From contig CAWDML010000001.1 of NCBI GenBank assembly GCA_963803435.1, forward strand, positions 1,120,001 to 1,184,000: a stretch of DNA of 64,000 nucleotides, given 5' to 3'. Source of the stretch: an uncultured delta proteobacterium. GTDB taxonomy: Bacteria; Myxococcota; Kuafuiibacteriia; Kuafuiibacteriales; Kuafuiibacteriaceae. Shown one piece after another: positions 42,637 to 52,264 of this stretch. The first letter of the stretch is position 1; every line of letters begins with the position of its first letter. The position numbers and the translations under genes were made by a program. The notes beneath the pieces are model-generated. The model was not told where the DNA came from and searched no databases. It saw nothing but the letters and a program-made list of their open reading frames with translations.

Positions 42637-43049
42637 AGATCCCCTCCCCGATCAAGCGTTTGCCGAAGCGGCTCAAGCGCGGGCTGAGGCACCCGACGGT
42701 CATCACGATGACCGTCCGGTTCGGGGTGAAGGTCGGCCACGAGGCGTATCTGCTCCGGGCGGAAGAGATCAGCTACGCCGAGTTCAAGCGCCGGACGGTG
42801 GCCCACATCGGGGAGATCTCGGGGACCACCCTGGGCGCGGTCATCGGCGGCCTGGCAGGCTCGTGGGTCCCGGGGGTCGGCGCGCTCTTCGGCGCATTCG
42901 TGGGCTCGGTGGCCGGTGAGATGGCAGGGGAGTACGTGGGACGAAAGAGCGCCTTCCGCGTCCACCGGATCCTCCAGAGCCCGGACGAGGAGAACGACGG
43001 GGAGGCCGATCGCCCCGTCGACCTGGGCCTCCCGGGACGCCGTCTCTGA
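42633..43049 (+). CDS. glycine-zipper protein B (paralog of A)
   Basis: ATGA overlap; 'GAVIGGLAGSWVPGVGALFGAFVGSVAG'. Confidence 0.65.
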   Translation: MKIPSPIKRLPKRLKRGLRHPTVITMTVRFGVKVGHEAYLLRAEEISYAEFKRRTVAHIGEISGTTLGAVIGGLAGSWVPGVGALFGAFVGSVAGEMAGEYVGRKSAFRVHRILQSPDEENDGEADRPVDLGLPGRRL

Positions 43050-43106
43050 GGACCCCGGTCCCCATCGGCGCGCATTTTCAGGGAAGATCGTCGCGCGGTC
43101 TCTTGT

Positions 43107-44453
43107 TTGCACGGGTTCCGCCCGTTGAAACCGGGACATTGGGCGTCTGCACTGCTTCTGGGTGCCCTTGCGGCGGGGGGGTGTGGCGGTGAAGCCGACC
43201 TGGTCGAGCCGGGCGCCTGCGCGCCAGGCTGCGGTCTCGACGAGCGGTGTGAAGGCGGCGTCTGTCTCGGCTCCGTGGGCTGGACCGTCCCGCTCCCGGT
43301 CAACGTGCAGGGCGAGGTCGCCGTCACCGATGACGGCGTGATCCTCGCCTCCGGCGCGCCCCAGATGGGCCAGGGCTACCAGCCGACGCTGTATGCGATC
43401 TCCTCCGACGGCGAGATGCTGTGGCAGCACCCGGTCGGCAGCGAGGGTCCTTGGGGCTTCCCGTCGCGGCCCGTGCTCGGCACCGACGGCCGCATCTACG
43501 TCACGATCAACTACTCGCTGTTCGCCCTCGATCGCGACGGCTACCTCCAATGGTCGCTCGACATCCCGTTCATGTCGCCGACGCGCCTGGCCGTCAACGC
43601 CACCAACCCACCGCCCGCACCGGCGATCGGCGCCGATGGGAACATCTACTGGCAGTTCCTCGCCGCCACCACGCCGAAGGGCGAGCTGAGATGGCGGCAG
43701 TTCGTCGATCCGTACACGCCGTGCGAGACCGCCCTCCCCCTCTCGGAGACGCGCGTGTTGTTCCGGACCGATCAGAAGATGGTGGCGCTGGACGGCGGGG
43801 TGGCGCGCTGGACCGCCGAGCGTCCGCTCGACGACTTCACCGAGCCGGGCTGCGGCATGATCCCGTTCAACGACAGGCTGGTCGCGACCCTCTGGTGCGA
43901 GCCCGGTCCGAGCGCCTTCGTGTGCGGCCACCTCCTCTTCTTCGACATCGAGACCGGCGCGATCGCCTGGCAGACCGATCCGCCGAAGGCGGTCGCGATG
44001 GCGACCAGCCTGCTGATGCGCCCCGACGGCTCTCTGGCGGTCTTCTCCGCCGGCGCCCACGGCAACCCCGACGACCCGGCGCGAATGTGGCTGGTGACGC
44101 CGGACGGCAAGAGCACCGGCCCGACCATCAGTCTGCCGTGGCACGCCGTCTATCACGTGGCGCTCGGGGACGACGGCATCTTCTATGCGACCACCCCGCT
44201 CGGGCTCGCCGCGATCAGCGAGACCGGTGAGGTGCTCTGGCGCTACGAGCCTGACAACGCCCAGGGCTCGTACAGCGGCGCCCCCGCGATCGGGAGCAAC
44301 GGCTGCGTCTACTACGAGACGGTGCGTCTGGCCGACGAACGCGTCTCCTACGGACGGGAGATCAGCTGCCTGCGCAGCTCCGCGACCGGTCTGGCCGACT
44401 CGCGATGGCCGCGATCGATCGGGGGCAACAGCAGCGCAATGCGCTCACCGTGA
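43107..44453 (+). CDS. PQQ-like beta-propeller repeat lipoprotein
   Basis: Lipobox AGGC; repeats 'LYAISSDGEMLWQ', 'PVLGTDGRIYV', 'PAIGADGNIY', 'PAIGSNGCVY'. Confidence 0.8.
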   Translation: MHGFRPLKPGHWASALLLGALAAGGCGGEADLVEPGACAPGCGLDERCEGGVCLGSVGWTVPLPVNVQGEVAVTDDGVILASGAPQMGQGYQPTLYAISSDGEMLWQHPVGSEGPWGFPSRPVLGTDGRIYVTINYSLFALDRDGYLQWSLDIPFMSPTRLAVNATNPPPAPAIGADGNIYWQFLAATTPKGELRWRQFVDPYTPCETALPLSETRVLFRTDQKMVALDGGVARWTAERPLDDFTEPGCGMIPFNDRLVATLWCEPGPSAFVCGHLLFFDIETGAIAWQTDPPKAVAMATSLLMRPDGSLAVFSAGAHGNPDDPARMWLVTPDGKSTGPTISLPWHAVYHVALGDDGIFYATTPLGLAAISETGEVLWRYEPDNAQGSYSGAPAIGSNGCVYYETVRLADERVSYGREISCLRSSATGLADSRWPRSIGGNSSAMRSP

Positions 44454-44499
44454 TCTTGCCGAGGACGTCCGGGTGGGTGCTAAACTGGGCGGCGCGCCC

Positions 44500-45624
44500 A
44501 TGAACTGCCCCGCCTGCGATGAAAGGATCAGTGACAGCGCCTGGATATGCCCGCACTGCGAGCACATCCTCGACGCCTCCTTTCTCGGTAACGACATCAC
44601 CAACGAGGTCGGGTGGGCCGAAGCGCCGGTCGCCCTCGATCCCCCCACCGACGGGCTCGACGTCGATCAACAGATGATCGTGGAGAGCCTCGACGACGAT
44701 GTGCTGGATGCGCCCACGGACGACATCGCGCTGGTCCGGGAGGTGCCCTCGCTGGGTCTGCCGAAACACCCCGACGACAAGATCGACACGAAGCCGCTCC
44801 CGGAGGAGGTTCTTCCGACCTCCGGTCTCAAGCCGCTCGATCCCTCGCTGCTCCAGGAGATCGAGGCGCCGATCGCCGCGGTCGAGCCGGCGCCCATGAT
44901 CATCGTGGAGCCGAAGAAGCGCGGGCTGCCGCCGGTGCGGCGGAGCGAGGGCGCGGACGACGACTCGAAGAAGCGGGAAGCGCTGGCGCGTGCGATGGCG
45001 CGAGGCGCCGCGATGGAGCGCCGGCGGAGCGTGGTGGACGAGGACAAGCCGGCGGTGACGCCCACCCCGCCCGCGTGGCCGGAGGAGCGGCGCGACGTGG
45101 AGGTCATCATCCGCTCCTCGAAGGCGGAGAAGATCTTTCAGCAGGCGCTCGAGGACATGGAGTCGGGCAACCTGGTCTCGGCGCGCACGAACCTCAAGCT
45201 GGCGCTGACGTTCGATCCCGGCAACGACCGCTATCAAGCGAGGCTCGACGAGATCGAGCAGGACCTGGGGCCCTCGCCGTCGCAGGATCTCGAGGAGATC
45301 CCGAGGGGGACACAGTTCGCGAATCAGTTCTACGAGAAGGCGATCGAGCAGGAGAACCAGGGCAACCTCGACGACGCCATCCACAGCCTCGAGAAGGCGA
45401 TCCGCGCCGATCCGCAGGGCGTCTATTACCACCGCCTCGGCAGCATCCTCGCGTTTCGTCAGGGGAAGCTGAAGGAGGGGCGGACGATGGTCGACAAGGC
45501 GATCCAGCGCTCGCCTCGCAACAAGAACTATCAGAAGACGCTCAGCCGGATCCTCGACAAGATGAACGGTTCGGACGACCGCAAGAGCGTCGGCATGCTC
45601 GGCGGGCTGCTCAAGCGGAAGTAG
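44500..45624 (+). CDS. zinc-ribbon + TPR protein
   Basis: N-terminal CPAC...CPHC; C-terminal TPRs 'ALTFDPGN', 'AIRADP', 'AIQRSPRN'. Confidence 0.7.
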   Translation: MNCPACDERISDSAWICPHCEHILDASFLGNDITNEVGWAEAPVALDPPTDGLDVDQQMIVESLDDDVLDAPTDDIALVREVPSLGLPKHPDDKIDTKPLPEEVLPTSGLKPLDPSLLQEIEAPIAAVEPAPMIIVEPKKRGLPPVRRSEGADDDSKKREALARAMARGAAMERRRSVVDEDKPAVTPTPPAWPEERRDVEVIIRSSKAEKIFQQALEDMESGNLVSARTNLKLALTFDPGNDRYQARLDEIEQDLGPSPSQDLEEIPRGTQFANQFYEKAIEQENQGNLDDAIHSLEKAIRADPQGVYYHRLGSILAFRQGKLKEGRTMVDKAIQRSPRNKNYQKTLSRILDKMNGSDDRKSVGMLGGLLKRK

Positions 45625-46234
45625 CGGTCGCGACCAGCGCCCTTCGTCCGGTGGCCGAGCCGCTCCGATCCTTCTCGACCTCCACCATGATTCCGCGACT
45701 GCGGCGAGAGAGCACCAGCTTGAGCGCCGCGGAGGTGACCCGGGCGGCCGCGGGCGGATCGAGCACCAGGAGCATCGACACCGGCTGTCCCTCGAGAGAG
45801 GTCTGCAGGCGACGCACGCGGCTGGGCGTGAGGAGGCTGTCGAGGCCGCTGGCCACGACCAGGCCGAAGGCACCCGAGCTCACGATCTGCTCGGCGGCAT
45901 AGACCACGCGTTCGTCCTCGCTCCTCACCATCAGCACGCGGGCGAGATCGACCCCGGCGGCGGCCAGGGCCGGCGGATAGAGCGTGCCCTTGGCGTCGAC
46001 CCACGCGAGGGGGCGGCCCGCCTTCGTCTCCTCGGCGGCGAGCTGGGCGGCGAGCGTCAGCCGGCCGGCTCCGCGGGCGCCGGTCAGCACGGTGAGGGCC
46101 CCCTTGGGCACGCCCCCGCCGAGGAGGCGATCGAGCGGATCGAAGCCGCTCTTCTTGGCCTCCCGCTCGCCGTAGAAGGGCGCCGTCCGGGAGAGATATT
46201 GCCGGAGCGCCTCGACTGTCGCCGCCGTCTGCAT
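45611..46234 (-). CDS. imuA: ImuA-like RecA-fold protein
   Basis: 'SGFDPLDRLLGGGVPKGAL', degenerate Walker A 'GARGAGRLT', 'AWVD..GTLYPPALAAAGVDLARVLMVR', 'SGAFGLVV'; SOS-type box upstream. Confidence 0.78.
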   Translation of the reverse strand: MQTAATVEALRQYLSRTAPFYGEREAKKSGFDPLDRLLGGGVPKGALTVLTGARGAGRLTLAAQLAAEETKAGRPLAWVDAKGTLYPPALAAAGVDLARVLMVRSEDERVVYAAEQIVSSGAFGLVVASGLDSLLTPSRVRRLQTSLEGQPVSMLLVLDPPAAARVTSAALKLVLSRRSRGIMVEVEKDRSGSATGRRALVATATSA

Positions 46235-46243
46235 CCTGAACAT

Positions 46244-46267
46244 TATACTGATATTTTGTTCAGTATA
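46244..46267. promoter_or_regulatory. LexA/SOS-type operator overlapping a TATAAT -10 of imuA
   Basis: Palindrome TATACTG-atattttgtt-CAGTATA (CTG-N10-CAG, ending GTTCAG as in the Myxococcus box); TATAAT on the minus strand at 46247-46242. Confidence 0.7.
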
Positions 46268-46274
46268 CACGGTC

Positions 46275-46305
46275 AAAAAAAAGGCCCCGGCATCGGCCGG
46301 GGCCT
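46275..46305 (-). terminator. Rho-independent terminator
   Basis: Minus strand AGGCCCCGGC-cgat-GCCGGGGCCT followed by a T-run. Confidence 0.85.
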
Positions 46306-46418
46306 GCAGTCGAGCCATCCGTCGAGCGAGTCCCTCGTCTCTAATGGGTTCCCAAGGCTGTGTCAAGCAGTAACACAACATCTGGGAGCGAGCGCCCTCA
46401 TGCCCTACCAGATGTAGA

Positions 46419-47918
46419 TCAAGTTGGGGCCCGGCCCTGACCGACGTAGATCCGCAGCTTCTGCCCCACCCGGAGCGTGGCCCGCTTCCAGAGCCCGTTC
46501 CACAGCCGGAGCTTCTTCAGGCTCACCCGGTACTTCCGGGCGATCCGCCACAGCGAGTCGCCGGAGCGCACCCGATAGACGATCAGCTGCTGCCCCTCCG
46601 GACGGTACCGGCCCGGACGAACCCGCTCCCTCGGCGGGGTCTCGATCGGAACCTGCTCCGCCTGGATCAGCGGCACCGGGACCACCAGCTCGTCGAAGTC
46701 GTGGAGCTGGCTCTCGGTGATCTTGTTGAAGGTCAGGATCGCCTCGGGCGTCGTGTGGAAGCGCTGGGCGATCACGGTCGGCGAGTCCTTTCGCTGGACG
46801 CCGCACCAGCGATACGTCATCCGCTCCGCCGGGGGGATCGACGACAGACCCTTCTCGCAAGTCGACTTGCGGCCGGAGGGGACGCGCAGCGGATACGCTC
46901 GGCCCGGGGGCGTCACCTGCGCCCGCAGCGCCGGGTTCAAGGCTTCGATCGCCGACGCGTCCTCGAGCCCGCACGCCCGCGCGATCGTCTTCAGATCCGT
47001 CGCCACGGTCACCGTCAGCACGTCCCACGACAGCGGCGGGAGATAGAGGACGTCTCCGAACCCATAGCGGTCCGGCTGCTTCGCGATCTTCGCCGCCGCC
47101 AGCAGCTTCGGCACGTAGTGGCTGGTCTCGCGGCGCAACAGCCAGCTCCGGGACAGGCGCCAGAAGTCGCGCGTGCGCAGCCGCTGGATCGCGCGCTCCA
47201 CCTTCCGGGCTCCCGCGTTGTAGGCGGCCCACGCGAGATACCAGTCCCCGAAGTATTCATGGAGGTGGCGGAGGTAGCGGGCCGCTGCGTCGGTGGCGCG
47301 CTCGAAGTCGCGCCGCTCGTCGATCCAGAAGCCGATCTCGAGGCCGTAGTCACGGCCGGTCGCAGGGACGAACTGCCAGGGACCGGCGGCGTGCGCCCAC
47401 GAGTAGGCGTTCGGCGAGAACCCGCTCTCGATCATCGAGAGGAAGATCAGATCGCGCGGGAGCCCGTACTGATCCAGGATCTTCCAGAAGATCGGAACGT
47501 AGCGCGTGGAGCGGCCGAGCCACTTCTCGTACCAGTCGCGCCCGCGCCCGGTGAGGAAGTCGACCCACTGGTCGACGCGCTCGTCCTCCACCATCGGGAT
47601 GTCGAAGGAGACCGTCCCCGTCATCGCGAGGATCGGCGGCACCCTGATCCCGCCGTCGAGCAGCGGCTCGTCCTCCTCGACGTGGCTGAAGAACGAGGCG
47701 TCGAACGCGTCGCTCGAGCTGGCCACACCCAGCCGCTCCTCGGTGCCGAGCAGCGCGGCCAGCCTGGACGGAGGCGCCCACCCGCCGGGGACCAACTCGG
47801 GCTGGGGGAGGGACCGAAAGACCTCGCGCGCACGCGCACGATCGTCGCTGGGACGATGGACGCACCCTGACACGCTCCCGATCGCGATCAGGAGCGAGAT
47901 CGCTCGCTCAACCTTCAC
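46419..47918 (-). CDS. mltD: membrane-bound lytic murein transglycosylase with LysM domains
   Basis: SLT 'IESGF', 'AAGPWQF', 'AAYNAG', 'ETSHYVPK'; LysM 'YRVRSGDSLWRIARKYRVS'; lipobox VSGC. Confidence 0.88.
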   Translation of the reverse strand: MKVERAISLLIAIGSVSGCVHRPSDDRARAREVFRSLPQPELVPGGWAPPSRLAALLGTEERLGVASSSDAFDASFFSHVEEDEPLLDGGIRVPPILAMTGTVSFDIPMVEDERVDQWVDFLTGRGRDWYEKWLGRSTRYVPIFWKILDQYGLPRDLIFLSMIESGFSPNAYSWAHAAGPWQFVPATGRDYGLEIGFWIDERRDFERATDAAARYLRHLHEYFGDWYLAWAAYNAGARKVERAIQRLRTRDFWRLSRSWLLRRETSHYVPKLLAAAKIAKQPDRYGFGDVLYLPPLSWDVLTVTVATDLKTIARACGLEDASAIEALNPALRAQVTPPGRAYPLRVPSGRKSTCEKGLSSIPPAERMTYRWCGVQRKDSPTVIAQRFHTTPEAILTFNKITESQLHDFDELVVPVPLIQAEQVPIETPPRERVRPGRYRPEGQQLIVYRVRSGDSLWRIARKYRVSLKKLRLWNGLWKRATLRVGQKLRIYVGQGRAPT

Positions 47919-49515
47919 CCAGCTCGTGCCCCGGACCCGTGATCTCTTTCAGGTACTTCTCGTAGCGGAAGGCGTCGCTGTGCTCCGGCACGTGACACTG
48001 CGCGGTACAGGTCGACTCGGGTGCCTTCAGGATGATCGAGCTGGCGTCCTGATCCTTGGCGTGGATGCTGCCCGGCCCGTGGCAGTTCTCGCAGCCGACG
48101 TCCTCGCGGCCGCTCACGTCCTTGAGCCGACAGAAGCCCCCCGGCTTCTGGTACCCGACGGTGTGGCAGCCGATGCACGTCAGATCGAAGTGCTTGTTCT
48201 GATGCTCGAGCGTCGCCCAGGCGGTCGCGTGCTTGGTCTTCTTCCAGAAAGTGTACTCGTCCTCGTGGCACTCCACGCAACGCTCGGTCCCCACGTAGAT
48301 CGCCGCCTTCGGATCCTTCGCGACGCACCTCCCCGGATCGCCCTTCTCGGCGTTCATCGCCACCAGCTGCGCATAGTATCCCTCGAGGAGCTTGGTCATC
48401 TCCTCGTTCGCCTCGATATCGGTCGTCAGCCGCACCAGATCGATCCGGATGTGCGGCTTCGAGGGGGCGGACATCTCCGCCACCGGTTGATCGAGCTCCT
48501 TCTGGAGCGACTCGATCTGCGCCTTGCGCCCCTTCACGGCCGCCGCCTTGGCCGGATCGGCGCCCCAGGCCTCTACCTCCATCGAGTAGGCCTTGATCTT
48601 GCGCTCGACGAGGCGGCGTCGCTTCAGCTCGCGGTCGCCCCCGTCGTCGAGGTACAGCGGCCGCGTCGGCGGGCTCTCGCCCAGCATGATCGTCATGCGT
48701 CCGACGTGCTGTCCCTGACTCCCGGCCTCCGCGATGATCACGTCGCCCACCCGCGCGGGCGCCTTGGGGTCGTGCTCGATCGGCGTTCCCGGGGCACGGA
48801 TGATCACGTCGATGTCGGGGACCGCGCGGGCCAGCTCGCGGGCGCCTGCCTCGCCGATGTGGGCGAGCACGACCACGATCTCCGCGCCGCGATCCCGGAG
48901 CACCTTCACCTCGCCCCGGACCGCAGGGGCGTACTCGATCACGGTGACCGCGTCCTGATGGGCGCTCAGCTTCTCGGGAGTCGCCGCGCCGGTGATGCCG
49001 ATCTTGATACCGCCAACGTTGCGGAGGAAGGAGCGCGCGACGGCCGCGCCACCGTTGACCGGGCGAACGTTGGCGGAGACGAACGGGACGGCGCCCTCGC
49101 GCTGGAGCTCCTTGAGGAAGTCGCCGCCCTGCGTGAGGTCGGACTCCGCGAGGTTGAGCGCCACCGCGCCGAGCTGCCGGTAGACGCGGGCAAGCACGCG
49201 CGCCTTGAGGACGTGTTGCTCCCGGGTCACGTCGTCGACCCCGCTCGAAGGGAAGAGCAGGTTGCCGGCGTCCACCACGATCCGATCGGCGCGGCCGCGC
49301 TCGACCACCGTGGCGAGTCGCTGCACGCCGCCGAGCGGGGTGGTGGTGCAGCCGCACGGCTCGACGAAGCCGCTGACTTCGGTGGAGAAGTAGACCTCCG
49401 CGATGCGCGCCGGCTCCCATGAGCCCGAGTGGACCCGGACCACCTCGCCCTTGCGGTCGCCGTTCTTGCACGCACCCAGCGCCAGCGCCGCGAGGATCAG
49501 GAAGTGTCCCCTCAT
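47908..49515 (-). CDS. lipoprotein: 5'-nucleotidase-like domain plus tetraheme c554-type cytochrome
   Basis: Lipobox LGAC; 'EPCGC...GGVQR', 'VDAGN', 'PFVSANV'; hemes CVECH, CIGCH, CENCH, CTAQCH. Confidence 0.82.
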   Translation of the reverse strand: MRGHFLILAALALGACKNGDRKGEVVRVHSGSWEPARIAEVYFSTEVSGFVEPCGCTTTPLGGVQRLATVVERGRADRIVVDAGNLLFPSSGVDDVTREQHVLKARVLARVYRQLGAVALNLAESDLTQGGDFLKELQREGAVPFVSANVRPVNGGAAVARSFLRNVGGIKIGITGAATPEKLSAHQDAVTVIEYAPAVRGEVKVLRDRGAEIVVVLAHIGEAGARELARAVPDIDVIIRAPGTPIEHDPKAPARVGDVIIAEAGSQGQHVGRMTIMLGESPPTRPLYLDDGGDRELKRRRLVERKIKAYSMEVEAWGADPAKAAAVKGRKAQIESLQKELDQPVAEMSAPSKPHIRIDLVRLTTDIEANEEMTKLLEGYYAQLVAMNAEKGDPGRCVAKDPKAAIYVGTERCVECHEDEYTFWKKTKHATAWATLEHQNKHFDLTCIGCHTVGYQKPGGFCRLKDVSGREDVGCENCHGPGSIHAKDQDASSIILKAPESTCTAQCHVPEHSDAFRYEKYLKEITGPGHELGEG

Positions 49516-49562
49516 CGCCCTAGATCCTTGCAGAAAGCCGCGAAACCCGCGAGACACGGACC

Positions 49563-50603
49563 GTGCCCCGGGGGACGCTCTTGCTCTTGCTCTTGCTCGC
49601 GGCCTGTCGCATCGAAATCGGGCCCCCGGAGCGACCCGCCCGCGACAACACCGACGAGGCAGAAAAACCTTCCGGCAAGGTCACCATCTATACCTCCATG
49701 TACCGCCCGGTGATCGAGGAGATCGAGCCCCTCCTCGCCCGCGCTCTGCCGGGGGTGCAGGTGGAGTGGCTTCAGGCCGGGAGCGAGAAGATCGCGACCC
49801 GTCTGGACGCAGAGCTCGCCGCTGGCGCCCCCCGCGCCGACCTGGTCATGACCTCCGACCCGCTCTGGTACGACCGATTGTGGCGCGAAGGTCATCTCTT
49901 GCCGCACGCCTCACTCCGAGCGCTGGCCTTGCCCCGGGAGCTGGTCCACCCCGAGGGGGGCTTCGCGACCTCGCGGATCTCGACCATGGTGATTGCCTAC
50001 AACGAGCGCGCGGTGAAGCCCGAAGATGCGCCGAAGAGCTTCGCCGAGCTGTTCTCGGACCGGTGGGCCGGCAAGGTGACGATCCCGGATCCGCTCGGCT
50101 CCGGAACCACTTTCACGACGCTGGCATTCCTGGTGGCGCGCGAGGGTGAAGGGATCATCGATCGGATGCGGGCGGCCCGGACGATCGCCTCCGGCGGGAA
50201 CTCGACAGCGATGACACGCCTCGAGTCCGGCGAGCACGACGTGGGCTTCGTGTTGCTCGAGAACGTGCTGATGGCGAAGCAGGCCGGCTCACCGATCGGG
50301 TTCACGATCCCCGAGGAAGGCGCGGTGTTGATCCCGGGACCGATCGCGATCTTGAAGAAGACCGCGAACCCACGGGCCGCGCGCGCGGTCTACGACTTCC
50401 TGCTCTCCCCCGAGGCGCAGGAGAAGATCGTGCACGGCTGGATGCACTCCCCCTTCTCAGGCGTGGCCCCGCCCCCGGGTGCGCCGGCGATCGAGAAGCT
50501 GCTCGAGACCCAGTACCGCTGGACACCCGAGTTCGTGAGGAGCGCCTCGGACGGCGCCCACGCGATCCGCAAGCGCTTCTCCGAGGTCATGGGGGGCTCT
50601 TGA
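49563..50603 (+). CDS. ABC transporter substrate-binding lipoprotein (Fe3+/AfuA family)
   Basis: Lipobox LAAC; 'VTIYTS', 'ADLV', 'IAYN', 'PDP..SGT', 'PEEGA'. Confidence 0.85.
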   Translation: MPRGTLLLLLLLAACRIEIGPPERPARDNTDEAEKPSGKVTIYTSMYRPVIEEIEPLLARALPGVQVEWLQAGSEKIATRLDAELAAGAPRADLVMTSDPLWYDRLWREGHLLPHASLRALALPRELVHPEGGFATSRISTMVIAYNERAVKPEDAPKSFAELFSDRWAGKVTIPDPLGSGTTFTTLAFLVAREGEGIIDRMRAARTIASGGNSTAMTRLESGEHDVGFVLLENVLMAKQAGSPIGFTIPEEGAVLIPGPIAILKKTANPRAARAVYDFLLSPEAQEKIVHGWMHSPFSGVAPPPGAPAIEKLLETQYRWTPEFVRSASDGAHAIRKRFSEVMGGS

Positions 50604-52264
50604 GCAAGAAGCTCGGCTGGAGCTGGACGGCGGTGCTGGCGCTGACCGCCGGTGCGCTGATCGCGTTCGCCTTCGCACCGCTCCTCATGGTGCTTCGCTC
50701 GGGCGTGGGACGCCCCGTGCTCGACGAGCTGGCCGACCCGGCGGCCCGCGCGGCCTGGAAGAACACGCTGGCGCTCGCGGTGCTGGTCACTGCGACGGCG
50801 GTGCCTGCCGGGACGCTGCTGGCCTGGGTGATCGAGCGGACCGATCTGCTCGCCTCCGAGCGGGCGCGCGGGCGCCTCACCGCGCTGCTCTCGCTCCCGC
50901 TGGCGGTCCCGCCCTACCTCCTGGCGATGAGCTGGGCGCTGCTCGGCAATGGACGGAACGGGCTTCTCAATCGGATCTCGGGCGGGACGTGGATCGACCT
51001 CTACGGGCTCGACGGCGTGGTCCTGGTGCTGGCGAGTGCCTCGTATCCCTTCTCGTTGCTGTCGGTGCGGGCGGCGCTCCGTCGCGCCGATCCCTCGCTC
51101 GAGGAGGCCGCACGGGTCAGCGGTGCGGGCCCGCTCCAGGTGCTGTTTCACGTGACCCTGCCGCTGGTCCTGCCCGCGGTGGCGGCATCGGCGGGCCTGG
51201 TGTTCGTGTTTGCCACAGCGGCGTTCGGGGTGCCGTACCTCCTGGGGTCCGTGGCCGAGCCGCCCGTGATGTTCCTGACGACACGGATCTATCGCTACAC
51301 CACGCTGGGAGGCGCGGGGACGCTCGAGCACGCCGCCGCGCTGGCGATTCTGCTCCTGGCGACGTCGGTGGGGGCTCAGGCCCTTGCAAGCTGGGTTGCG
51401 AAGCGACGGTCGACGGTGCAGGTCTCCGGCAAGAGCGCACGGCCCTCGCTGGTGCGGCTGGGGCGGCTGGCGACGCCCGCTCGCGGAGGGGTGGCGGCGT
51501 TCGCGCTGGTCCTGATCGCGATGCCACTGGCCACCATCGCCTTCACCTCGTTCTCGGCGACGTTCGCGGATCCGACGGACCTGACGCTCGCGCACTGGCG
51601 CTCGGTGCTGGCGCGGGAGGAGACGCTGCGGTCCTTCTTCCACTCGATCGTGCTGGCGGTGGGCGCCGGCGCGATCGTGGCGCTCCTGGGGCTGGTGCTG
51701 GCGAGGCTCGCCTCCACCGGAAGCCGGAGCGGACGCGCGCTGGCATCGCTGGCTTCGTCGCCGTACGCGGTCCCCGGCACGGTGCTCGCGATCGGTCTCA
51801 TCATCGCGTTCGCGTCCGAGTACCGGCTGATCGTGCTCGATCGGATCACGTTCGCGCTCTATCTCCCTGGCACGCTAGCGCTGCTCCTGATCGCGTATGC
51901 GGTGAAGTATCTGGCGTTCGGGGTCCGGGGAGCGCGGGCCGCGCTGGCGCAGATCCATCCGTCGCTCGAGGAGGCGGCGCGCACGTCCGGTGCAGGCTCC
52001 ATGCGGGCGGCGATCGACGTGATCCTGCCGCTGGTGTCGCCGAGCATCGCGGCTGCCTTCCTCCTGGTGGCCCTGCCCTGCCTCTCGGAGCTGACCATGA
52101 GCGTCCTCCTCTTCGGTGCGGGCACCGAGACCGCCGGGACGCTCCTGTTCGAGCTGCAGAGCTACGCAAACCCGCCGGCGGCCAGTGTGGTGGCGACGCT
52201 GGTCGTGCTGATCGCGCTCGCCGGAGACGCGATGGCGCGCCGGCTCCAAGGTGATCGCCCATGA
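50600..52264 (+). CDS. ABC transporter permease (FbpB/AfuB family, two EAA loops)
   Basis: 'DPSLEEAARVSGA' and 'HPSLEEAARTSGA'. Confidence 0.9.
   Translation: MSKKLGWSWTAVLALTAGALIAFAFAPLLMVLRSGVGRPVLDELADPAARAAWKNTLALAVLVTATAVPAGTLLAWVIERTDLLASERARGRLTALLSLPLAVPPYLLAMSWALLGNGRNGLLNRISGGTWIDLYGLDGVVLVLASASYPFSLLSVRAALRRADPSLEEAARVSGAGPLQVLFHVTLPLVLPAVAASAGLVFVFATAAFGVPYLLGSVAEPPVMFLTTRIYRYTTLGGAGTLEHAAALAILLLATSVGAQALASWVAKRRSTVQVSGKSARPSLVRLGRLATPARGGVAAFALVLIAMPLATIAFTSFSATFADPTDLTLAHWRSVLAREETLRSFFHSIVLAVGAGAIVALLGLVLARLASTGSRSGRALASLASSPYAVPGTVLAIGLIIAFASEYRLIVLDRITFALYLPGTLALLLIAYAVKYLAFGVRGARAALAQIHPSLEEAARTSGAGSMRAAIDVILPLVSPSIAAAFLLVALPCLSELTMSVLLFGAGTETAGTLLFELQSYANPPAASVVATLVVLIALAGDAMARRLQGDRP

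Noticed and set aside
46275-46418. 6S, SRP or tRNA identity for the structured intergenic region
   Set aside because: No recognisable conserved motifs or cloverleaf by eye; kept only as an unnamed candidate.
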